Origin: Psammoneis japonica
Taxonomy: Eukaryota
Assembly: GCA_008632985.1 (NCBI GenBank)
Contig: QPGO01000157.1
Coordinates: forward strand, 62,001 to 126,000
Reading direction: 5' to 3'
Length of the DNA: 64,000 bases
Below, one piece after another: positions 26,996-37,752 of the stretch. The translations under genes and the position numbers were made by a program. Below the pieces are notes generated by a model that saw only the letters and a list, made by a program, of their open reading frames with translations, was not told the origin of the DNA and did no database searches. The number at the start of each line of letters is the position of its first letter. Within the stretch, counting starts at the first letter, position 1.

Positions 26996-29502
26996 ACATC
27001 ATGCGCGTGACAATTGTGTTCCAAGCAAAATGCAAATCAAGTGTTGGTCGATCAAGTGCAGACACACAACTGCTGGCACACAACAAGGCACATGGTTGCC
27101 ACTTGCCGGTGCGCCACTGCCTCTTGCCGATGGTGTGGGTCCACTGACATGATTGCTGTGTTTCCAAGACAAGCCAGTTGGCATCAACATGCAACAAACG
27201 AGTCGTCCCTGCCATGCACCGTGCATCATCGATCGTTGCTCTGCACTGCAAAATGGTGCATGAGTCATCAAACAACTTTCCATCTTTGTGGAGAACATGA
27301 CACACCAGCGATTGGCAGCCTTTTGTGCCCGTGACAGATGAGGTGGGGTTCTGATGTGTCACACAGCAACAACACAGACCACCGGGATGGGATGGACACA
27401 ACAAACTGACGGTCATGGCATGGAGGTGACGGTTGGTTTCTTTTGAATTGGAGCTTTGTGAACTTTTCCATGCGTGCGTGCTGTCACCCATTTTTTCAAT
27501 GTCCTGGTCTCCACTGTGATGACAGGTGTTGGTCGTCATAAATTCTCTCCTGCAAATGTAACTTTCATGGTGAATTTGGTGTTTTGGGAGCTCGAAAGTG
27601 CCGCGTCACAAGATCTCCCATTTTTCTGTTTCTCGTTTCTCCACTCCAATCTGCGCAACACCATGAACCATGATGGCACCTGCCGCATGAACGGACCTGT
27701 TCACACACGAACAACCATCCTGTCTGCGAAGGTGAGAATGCAGAGAAAAGTCAATGAGACCACGCTTGATGCGATCAAGTTGTCAGAATTTTGATTTTTC
27801 ATTGTTGTTGTGGCTTGTGACAACCATGTTGACTGATGGCATTTTTGATGTCTTTGTTTTTCTTGTTCAGATTTCGCGATGGGATTCTTCACACACCACA
27901 TGTCGATCGACTTGATGCTGACTTGAAACAGCAACACATGGTTTGATGCAACGGGGTGATGTGGTTCTTCAATGCACACTCCTGGTGTCATCTGCCAAGC
28001 CTTCGATTTGATTGAGGGTCAAGAACACACAAGGTTTAAGAAAAAAAGGCTTGTGCTCCATTGCAGTCGAACATGATGATGGACAAGCCATGCGCACTTG
28101 TTTCATTGCTCTTGCTGCAAGTTGGCACAACAACGCTGGTGGGGGTCAACTTTTTGCACAGTGGCTTTGGCAATGTGCCACACAGCGCCTTAGTCTGTTG
28201 TTTGTTTGTCCTGTGTTTGTGATGCACTCAGATCACTTTGAAGCCATGGGGTTTGATGTTGTCTTTGTGTGAGTGTTTTTGCAGTTGTGTTGGAGTTTCA
28301 ATGCTCCAACTCGCCCTGTGTCCTGTGACCTGGGGCCTTTCTGCTCGGTTGCCCCACGCCGTGGTGCATTGTTTCTTTTTGCTCTGGCTCCAGGCTTTCC
28401 CATTGCCGCTGCATTGCCCTGACCTTCATTCAATGGAGTTGCAACAAAGGAGCACTGTTTGGATGATGTTGCCGTTGCCTTTTGGAAACTTGAATGAAGT
28501 GCAACTCATGCCATGACAGTGCTCCTGTCAACGTGACTGCACGCCAGAGTGCAAAAAGAAAACACATTCATCGTGCTTTTCTCTCTGCACTTTCTCTTGC
28601 CAGTGGATTGGATGCTTTTCTTCTGACCTTCACTTGCATTGTCATGAATCTCAAGTGCAGAGCAATCGCAAAATGGACAACGGACGCGTTCCAGCTCTGG
28701 GTGGGACCTCGCACCACTGCACTGTGACATCAACAGTTTTTTGGATCGCATCGCATGTCGCGCGCGCACATTTCTGCGTGTCACATTCTACGAAAATGTC
28801 TCATGCTCCCTGTTTTGCAAAGCCAAAGGCTTTCCATTTTCAACAGTTGTGAGAATGAAAATGTGCTGGGCACATTCTTCAATGTCTGCAGAACACACAC
28901 CCGGGCAAACTGCCATTGATGTGCTCCAAGTGTGAAGGAGGAGATGCGTTCGTAAAATTGCCTCTTTTTCTGTTGGTGATCATTCACATTTTCATTGCAG
29001 CACAAATTCACTGTGGAGCTTGCGCGCAGAATTCTGCGGGCCCAATGTCACACAGAGTCCCACCTGGGACTGGAGTCCGTCAATGATTGTTGCTGACAAG
29101 GTTTGTGCAGTCAACTGTCTTGACTGCTGCTTGTGCTCCAGACAGAGCAGCTGGCCAGCTAGAGCAGTCTATGGCAGCATTCTCACTGAGCTCAAAATGT
29201 GATTTTGATCTTTTTCACGGCTTGAATTGGTTCCCAGCCTGATGCCCGCAAATGCGCAAATTTGGCCCAATTGTGTTTGTTTTGCGGCCGAAATTGTCAG
29301 GGTGGGAACGTGCCTCAATTGAAATGTTGTCTGACCAAAGGCATTTTGATTTGCATGGTGAAGAGCACTGCCCTTGGTCAGATGACATTTCAATTGATTT
29401 CCCGAGAAGTTGACATTCGAGTGCGGATGGGTGGACAGACTGAAGACAATTGTTTCTGGTGCTCTTCTGCACAATTTCCACGCAATGACTCTGAGAGCCG
29501 AA

Positions 29503-31410
29503 GAGAAAATGGATGTCATGCAGTTGGTGCAGTCGCACGAGCAAGGGGCAGTTGACGCATGCATTTTTGCAGGCATTGCGTGCAAATTTTGAGCTGACTC
29601 TGGTGCGGTGCTCCTTTGTGATGGTGGGTTTTTGTTGTCTTCCAGGCATGGTGTCAGCATTCTCTGTGGACTGTCATTTGGCATGTGGTCTGGACAGGTG
29701 GTGGTCAATTGCATCCAGGTCATTTGGTGTTTGCAGAGGGACAGACCTGCTCCATCTTCCCACTGGGGTTGCCTGGAGCTGATCTGAGAGGCGGAAATGC
29801 GGGATCCCCTGAGGCAATGGTGGGTTGCCCTGACTGTGGCGACACTCATCCTCACATTGACGCAGCTGCACACTTCAGAATGTGGCTTTTGCCACTCATC
29901 TGAAAGTTTCGACACTGTCTTGTGGAGCATCACCTTGGCTTCTTTGCCGAAAAGCCCGTCGTGTGATGCAATGAATGGTGCGAAGTGACGGCATTGTTCC
30001 AGACATGGCTGGAGGTGCTTGCGCTTCTTCTCACGTTCGTGGCTTGCCAGGACTTCTTCTGGTGTTTTGGACAGGCATGACTTCGCGTCCGTGTCGGGGA
30101 TGCGAACATCATCCCAAAATCTCATGCCGAGAAGAGCTCCACGATCGCCATCCTTGGACTTGTTGGAGTTGGTGTTTCCTGAAGTGCCATTGGGGGTGCT
30201 TGAACTTCCCACACTGTGACCAGTGGGGTTGATCAGGGGTTCGTCGCACACACAGGAAGGTTTGTGAGCCTTGCCCATCAGGTCTCCGAGGTTGTCACGC
30301 ACTTCATCGTGTTGTGAGATGACTGGGCCACCCTTCTTGCACTGAAGAGCATGACTCATGGAGAGTTTGCATCCACATCCATCACAGCACTCCGGGAGGT
30401 TGGGTGGAGCACTGCCACACCTTAGAAAGAGTGCGTCGTGGAACTCTTGGCATGAGAGTTCTGTGCCGTTCAGCGTCGAAGGGCGCACTGACAGCCACAC
30501 TCCAGCCTTGGTGCTGTGCTTGACAGCTCTGGCCTGAAGGTTGGGTGGGGTCCCGAGGAACTTTTTGAGGGTCTCCCCATGTGCTTTGACTTTTCTGTCA
30601 GCTGCTTCCTGTTTCACTTCGCGCATGGTGTCCTTGTGGACTGCGGAGAAGAACTGGGAACGGCCGCGGAGTGAGTCTGTCACGTGGGAGCACGTGAGAG
30701 CACTTGCTTCACAGTTGTGAGCTGCGGACTCAGTTGGACGAGGGATGGACAGTCCCAAGAATTTGATCGGGAGGGCGGATCGTCGTCGGCCAAGGTCTGG
30801 CGGCCTGTTCCAGCTCCAGGTGCTCTGCTTTTCATCACGCGAGAGGCCGATTTTCTGCGCAGTTTGGCGCAATTGACTCCTTCAGTTTTGATCGTTTCGA
30901 AAATCGAAAGGTGAGTGTGCACCCAAAAATGCATGTAAAGTGTGCACTTGCCCTTCGATTTGGCAAAAAACGGATTTGGAAAAAGTCAATTGCGCCAAAT
31001 GCACAAATTTCCAAATGATGGGAATCGAACCCGCGCAGAGCACCTGGAGCTGGAACAGGCCTCAGCCTGTCAATGCTGGCAGGAATTTGCGCTGCATCGC
31101 GCGCTCCGCATCCGCAAATGATTCTCCACAGTCCTTTGCTTCCCATTGGACATGCTGCCACCGGTGTTGCAGGGACTTTTGCAGACCGGCACAGGCGGTC
31201 TGAGGGTGGTGAATCGCAATCTTGGCGAGTCCTTGGACGACCGAGGTTCACAACTCGGCTTTTTCCGCTGGCCAACGGTCATGTGTGTCCGTCTCACCGA
31301 TGAAGCCTCCAAGGCAGCAGCCACCAGACTTGACAGTAAAGCCCAGATCTCCAAAGTGTGCTCCAGCGTTTTCCAGGTTGCGTTCTGGGACAACTAGGAT
31401 GTTCTCATTG
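29503..31410 (-). mobile_element. 5'-truncated non-LTR retrotransposon with restriction-like endonuclease (CRE/NeSL/R2-type)
   Basis: End of RT (CLGGFIG for YLGGFIG; AGLQKSLQ..WQ), CCHC knuckle CDGCG...HALQC, HDEVRD, D.R.PDTD, EREKKRKH. Confidence 0.85.
30802..31061. mobile_element. MITE family B (~260 bp) inserted in the LINE
   Basis: 27-bp perfect TIR GGCCTGTTCCAGCTCCAGGTGCTCTGC; LINE coding sequence continues on both sides. TSD not resolved. Confidence 0.8.
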
Positions 31411-31766
31411 TTTCCAAAAAATTCTTTCTTTCGTTGTCGAGGTCGCGGATTTGGTCGCGGATGACGTTTGCCCCCCCGACGCGAAGGCTTGCGCGGCGGA
31501 AACACGAGTCCTCCTACGTACAATTCTACGAGTGTCTGCTTCAGTAGTATGTCGACATTCTTATGTTGTTTCTACGCGGACGGATAAAGGTAAGTTATGA
31601 CGATCTTTTTTCCCGCCATTTTCAATTTTTTGTATGATACCGCTCGCTCGTCATATCGTCGCGTTGTTGACGCACCGAACTCGTTTTGGTTTCTGTGGCA
31701 CAAGTGGTGACTGAAACAGGAAGCACCCTACGGTAAATACCACGGTTTTCAACGCGCCATCCCACA

Positions 31767-33972
31767 ATGGCGGACAACAGTAGCCCTGGGTCCCAAGTGG
31801 CGGTGAAAGAAGAACGAGAAGAAGTCGTTCATGAAACGAGCACCCGAACGAGTACGTCATCCGTCCCTGCTGCCAGCGGCATGCAGCAAGAACGTGGCGT
31901 TGCTGGCGGGGGGACGAGCCAAGATACATCGCGAGTCAACGGACAAGGAATGTGGAACGCGTGGAAGCGAAACTTTAAATCGCCTCTATTGGCCCTGTTG
32001 GATTTGTTTGACAACGCAATTGATGCATCGCTCGTGATTGATGAAGAAGCCTTTCACTTCAAAGGCCGAGGAAGAATCCATGTTATGGGTGATAAGGATG
32101 CCGAGGGAGTCTCCAAAGGGGTTTCAATCATCAATAACTGTCACAGCAGAATCCCTCCAATCGAAGAGGTCCTTGAGGTATTCAAAAGTAGCAAAGGCTC
32201 TCAGGCGATCGGCGAAAACGGCGTCGACACGAAACAAGCATGCGCTAGTTTGACCGATCTCAGCTTTGTAATGACTCGAAACAGAGACACTTGGGGCTTG
32301 GGTGTGATTGCTGCAGAAGTTCAGCGAGTTGATGGTATTGTTCTCCCATCTATTACCTTTCGTCCGAACCGTGAAGATCTTTCTCGTCAAGTCAAGACGA
32401 ACCCGGTACTGTAAGTGCGGCTTCTCAGGAACAATAACTGTTCTGAGACATGAATATACTGACTCTTGATCTTGTTTCGGATTTGTATGATTAATGTACC
32501 GCAGGGCCTTTGCTAAGTGTGTGTCCTGCTATGGCGATGGAGATTTCGAGACAGGTATTATGCGGCTCCTTACACATTGCAACGCCATGACAAGCCATCA
32601 GTGACGTAGGGCCCTAGTGATGACCACGTGTTTCTTATGGTACTCCATCAGCTACGCCACGGATCAGAATCCCTTGTCAGTAGCGAGAGCAGTGACAATG
32701 AAGGAAATATTGATTACGGCCTTCGAGTGCAGCACTTGATGCAACAGCTGACCGATGAGTTGCCACGCCAGTACCTTCACATTCCGTCTGAGTTTGGCAT
32801 TACTGTCAATCACCAACAGATCAGGTTCCAGCATTGGGAAAGAAGAATGGTCGAAATTACCAGCTTCCTGTGCAAAGTAAACCCTCATGATGAGTGGAGC
32901 ACGGCAGAGGAATGGGAAAGCCCTACAGAATCGATGAGCCTGCGTGTGTATTGTGGGTTCGATCCAGCAAGACTTGACGGAGAGTCTTCGTCCTCGTTGT
33001 CTCTTTATGTTCACAGCAGGCATTCTGGTCGTCTCATTACGGTGGCACCCGATGCTCGCAACACGTTGGGCCTAAACAACTCTGGGACGACCTTTGGCCA
33101 AGGGCTCACAGTTATTCTAGACGATTACATGTCAACATTGCCTCTAGACCCTACAAAGCAGGGACTTGCGTTTGCACAGCAGGCTGCAGGCGGGGTATAC
33201 AAAAAGAATCTATTCGCCTGGCTTGGTGTCTATGCTTCTCTTTACTACAATCGGCGCCTCGAGAAATTTGGCGGCACCAAGGGCGAACTCACGAAAGGCG
33301 TGCAGCAACAGCTACAGGCCGTTCAACGTCTTCGCGACAAGGACAATGTGAAGTCTTTCATGTGCGGAAAATTCACATGCTACGATTCTCTTAGATTCAA
33401 ACAATATTCCGACAAGAGCATTAGAAAATCGAGTAGTCCGTGCAAAGGTGTGTTTGCTTCGCGAGTTCTGAACTGTTTTACTTTCTTCGTCCGTCGCTCA
33501 CCACCGTCGTCGTATCTATTTTTTGTATAGTTACTCTAGGCGCAGATTCTCTGGTAAACCTGGATCCGCACCATGAAAACTTCGGACGCCCAGTAAGAAA
33601 CGGAAATCCACGAGTGACGACTCCACTCTGCCTCCAGCAAGGGCGACACCGCCTCCTGTATGGAGTCCGCGGCATTTACTAATGGCAAATTCACAGAGCG
33701 ATCGGTCGGACACCGGTGCCGTTTCCGTGTCCCCTGACAGCCGTGGTAGTAGTGCGCATGCAGAGCCGACGAATGTGTGTGCAGACAGTCGTCGTATTGC
33801 GTCGCTTAGCAAAACAGTAGAGAGGCATCGAGAGAGGAAGAAGCAATATAAAGAGGTGATCTCGCGTCAGCAAGAATTAAAGATTGCTTAAGGCCACAGA
33901 CAGAGTCTTGAGAACGAGATTAAAACCTTGAAGCAGAGGCAGCATCGTTTCATGAATTCTCCTGAGAAGTGA
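31767..33972 (+). pseudogene. MORC-like GHKL ATPase, duplicated pseudogene copy
   Basis: Copy of 57800-60066 with GENGVG->GENGVD, TGG->TGA stop near 32602, an 8-bp insertion at 32607-32616 and deletions in the last exon. Confidence 0.85.
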
Positions 33973-34363
33973 GATCACAATGAGAGTTCCGTCGTGCAGT
34001 GTGTCTAACAGCGACTGCATCATTAATGTGCTCGTAAACCCAGTTGGAGTTCAAAGTTGCTTGTGCATGCTGTGGCAGTTTGAATTGCTTTTTATTGCTT
34101 TGTTGTGAATGTCTTAGTTGTCTTTCGCTGCTCGTGCCATTGTTCGGCACCATCAGGCCAACACCGTGCTCTTTTGATCGAATCAATCGTTTTCAGATGA
34201 AATCAGAAATCAGAATCTTGATCGATCGCACCGCTGCAAGGAGACAAAAGACCAAAGGCGACAACGTCTTCGCTATCTTCCCATGCAGCACCACTTGTTA
34301 GTGTTGGTTGTCGCGTTAGCTGATCTGTAGAGACTCGATTGTGTAAGGTTCATGGCTGAAAAA

Positions 34364-34983
34364 ATGGCAGGAACTCCGAGCGCAGCGTCTCCTTCCACTA
34401 ACCCGTCTGGATCGAGCACCCACCCGCCGCACCTCCGTGTCGTCAAAGCCGTTGTCCCACCACCATCTCAGGCTCCCGTGGAAACTCCTCAGAAGCAAGA
34501 GCCCGGCGACTCTCCTGGACGAAAGACCCACAGCAAGGTCCCAGTGATTCGCCACTCGGCGCTCTTGCCTAAAGAAGAGCAAGAGCTCGAAGAACGCCGG
34601 AGGAAAGAGAGGTTGGATGAGAGACTTGAAGTGCAGAAGCAGCATCGTCAAGACAAGGTTGACTTTCATTGCAGGAACGAGTCTCCCATGATTAGCCGAC
34701 AGCTGTCACAGCACAGGATGCAGCTGCCAAACAGTCGCGGAACTTTCCTCACAGCATTGGGCCGGAGTTCCCAGAGCACAAGCGCAAGTCTGATGAAGCA
34801 TCTTTTCTCCCAATTCGTCCGTTGCAGGAACCCGCTGACAAACGCCACCGTATCGAACAAGATGACCAAAGCAATGCCGGTAATGAGAAAAAGCCATGGT
34901 GGAATAACCTTTACTCGAAGGCAGCGATTTGCGTTGTTGCTCTCATTGTCGCGGAGCGTCTCCTTTTGCGTTCCAAGAACTGA
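34364..34983 (+). pseudogene. Small putative tail-anchored protein, frameshifted duplicate
   Basis: Copy of 56745-57364; frame changes after RNESPM. Confidence 0.55.
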
Positions 34984-35547
34984 GCATGAGTGGGCCGGGA
35001 TAATACAGGAGGGAAATGACACTTGGGAAAGCCTTTGGCGCGAGCATTGATTCTTTGAATTCGCACCGACTATCTGTTCTTTGATGCATGGAAATGAATC
35101 TCTCCCACATCTGAAAGTTGATCTGCGGCAATGTGTAGATTTGCGTTTTTCCTTCTCGGTTGATAGAAGCGAGGCACAGCGGTAACTGTGCATGCTGCTG
35201 TCGTCCCACCTTTCGTGCACTGCACTTTTGCACAACCAATCTCGAAAGTACATGCTCATCAGCAATGATGGAAGGTGGTAGTAAAGAATGACAGGCATTT
35301 TTAAATTCTAAAAGAAAAGCAGGGAAAATGGCTGCTCCTGATTGAAAGGGTAAGAAATCATCATGCACTGTTTTCTGGGTTATCTAATGTACAGACAGCC
35401 CGTAGCGTAACAGCAATCCTATTAACGTCATTTAAGAATCAAAAAAGCAATCTAGGAAAAGCGGCTGCTCCTGGTTGAGAGGGTAAAAAATCATCATGCA
35501 AGTTTATCCCATCCGTCAAGTTTCTTTCGCACTGCCGAGATCCTGGG

Positions 35548-36100
35548 TCACACCACTCGTCTGTTGACCAGAAAAGATCCTAGACACAAATGAGCCGCAG
35601 CGGAAACGGCTCCTGGTGAGGATGCAAGGGGATGAGCTCCGACGGATCTTGCCAGCATCACCGCCAAGGCTGAATTCTGCATCCCAGTTTCGATGGAGAT
35701 GGTCCACGCCGTTTTCTTGGTAAACCCAAGTCCCAACCTGGGCACCACATAACCCACTCCAAAGCCGATAAGATGAAGCACCACCACCGAGAGCACAATT
35801 TGTGGCAGTGACCCAGCTGGCCCAACGGATGACGACAAGAGACTTGATGCATTGTCAGCCACCACTCCACCGCAAATTAGAGACACCAACAGAACACTTC
35901 CAAACGGTGTGAATCGAGCCAATTGATTGCTGAGCTTGGGTGCCTTGGTTTTCACAGCCATTCCCAAAATGACAGGAAGCAACACTGCCCTCGCCATCAC
36001 ACTGCACAGGGCAATGCTGCTGATGCTGATGGCACCACTTCCTGGCTGGGAAACCAATGGCTTGACTAGAAGTGGTGTCACCACAGAAGCCAGAATCGTG
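35548..36100 (-). pseudogene. 3' fragment of a bile acid:sodium symporter, TpA/CpG-hypermutated duplicate
   Basis: Aligns to 55298-55830; ETGMQNS motif. Confidence 0.9.
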
Positions 36101-36360
36101 CCTCTTGGTTGTTGGATCCTCCAACTTGCAAGAGCCGACAGAATTTAAAAAAGGAGGATTCTTGTGTTGAAGAGAGGTTTCGCAAGCCCCAACTCGAAAG
36201 AGCGGTGCCTGCGCAGCCACCACGGGTGTGATGACAAGTTGAAGATGATGTCATGAAGACATGTTTTAAAACATGTGTCATTTCACAATGACACGCACAA
36301 TGCATTCCTTCACGAAGCAAAAATGTCACACTCTCCGAGTTTTGACATCGCCGGTCATTG

Positions 36361-36692
36361 CAACAGGAATCATTCAAAAATGTTGCAAGAGTCACAATTG
36401 GCACCCCGCACAAGGAAAAACACCAAATCGTGTGGAAATGTGCACAGTGTCGTGCGAAAAGGTGATTGGAGCTGGCAACTTTTCGGGAACTCAATTGAAG
36501 TGTCATCTGACCAAAGGCATTTTGATTTGCATGGTGAAGAGCAACGCCTTTGGTCAGATGAGACATTTCAATTGATTTCCCGAGAAGTTGACATTTGAAC
36601 GCGGATGGGTGGACAGACTGAAAACAATCATTTCTGGCACTCTTCCACACAATTTCCACGTGATGACTCTGAGAGCCGAATGATTCCTGTTG
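36361..36692 (+). mobile_element. MITE family A, complete copy (~330 bp)
   Basis: 15-bp TIRs CAACAGGAATCATTC / GAATGATTCCTGTTG; internal hairpin at ~36491-36575. Confidence 0.8.
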
Positions 36693-36730
36693 TTTTTGAC
36701 AACCGGTCATGAGCTGTTTTCTGCACATTT

Positions 36731-36946
36731 CAACAGGAATCATTCGGCTCTCAGAGTCATCACGCAGAAATTGTGTGGAATGGCACCAGAAACAATTGTT
36801 GTCAGCCTGCCCACCCATCCGCACTCAAATGTCAACTTCTTGGGAAATCAATTAAAATGTCATCTGGCCAAAAAAGGCACTGCTCTTCACCATGTAAATC
36901 AAAATGCCTTTGGACAGATGACACTTCAGTTGAGTTCCCAAAAAGT
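36731..36946 (-). mobile_element. MITE family A, partial inverted copy
   Basis: Reverse complement of ~36478-36692, starting with the TIR. Confidence 0.8.
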
Positions 36947-37752
36947 CACTGTGGCTGGATTCGTGTCTCAGAAATTTGGAGCAGATTTCTGTGCAATTGG
37001 CGCAACACGTCATCAAGTTGAAGTTCATTTTGTTGATGTGTTCCAGCTGCATGTGAACCAAGTCATGCACAAAAATGACATTTGTGCAATTTTTGAAAGG
37101 CCCCCAGCTTGCGATCGATCTTTCACCACCAAAAGCATGGATTCAAGCAAACACAAATGTTTTGCAACACTGGCAAGACTCGTGTGAGTGTTGCCATGTC
37201 ATTGTTGTTGTGCCATCTGTGTTTTTCATTGTGTTGAAAGATTTGCAACACAGTGGATGATTTTCGGCGAAAATGTTGCCGTCATTTGGGTGTCACCCAA
37301 ACACATCATTCTGCAATGCTGCTTGGTGGGTTTTCTGCCTGCAAAGAAATCTCAGCACAAATCTGCTGATGTGCAATCAGCATTGAGTCCACTGAGGAAG
37401 TTTGTGATGCATGTCCCATGTGGACTTGAATGCCCCTCAAAAAACTGTTTAAATGTTCGTGCTCTAGAAGCCTGCAAAAGTCAATCCGTCCAAGCATTTT
37501 GCATGAAAATGCTGCATGCACTAAAAGACACATAAATTGCACTCAAAATCCATTGTCGTTTTGTGGGTCACCTGGGACTGGAACACGTCTGTTGGCGGGA
37601 AAACAAAAAGCACGAGATTTGTCACGCACCCGGTTGCTCGATGATGGTGCTTGCCATTCTCCCAAAACCCATGACTTTTCATGTTGCGGCACAGAGCGAC
37701 CTTCTACAAACATCAGCAAAGCCCCCTCTGCCCCGCAACATAAAAAATCACA

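Larger units (their letters stand above)
17905..29314. mobile_element. TIR DNA element (PIF/Harbinger-like ends), ~4.3 kb without the nested copia; no recognisable transposase
   Basis: ~41-bp TIRs GGCACGTTCCCACCC..ACAATTTCGGCCGCAAAACAAACA at 17905 and ending at 29314; 3-bp TSD TCA (17902-17904, 29315-29317); the empty site GGAACTCAATTGAA is present near 36486. Confidence 0.8.
15182..31420. other. TpA-depleted hypermutated repeat domain 1
   Basis: TA dinucleotides nearly absent, TG/CA abundant; long overlapping ORFs in all six frames; Tyr almost absent from translations. Confidence 0.92.
31423..36100. repeat. Inverted segmental duplication of ~55298-60428
   Basis: Reverse-complement colinearity including the promoter region, introns and intergenic DNA of three genes. 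Confidence 0.95.

Noticed and set aside
30798..31065. TGG/CAG flanks of MITE B as a TAG target duplication mutated in two directions
   Set aside because: It needs a mismatched terminal TIR base and does not restore the LINE frame, so it is not secure.
15182..31420. CpG methylation decay as the sole cause of TG/CA excess
   Set aside because: It cannot remove TA or convert Tyr codons, and the youngest copia retains CpG.
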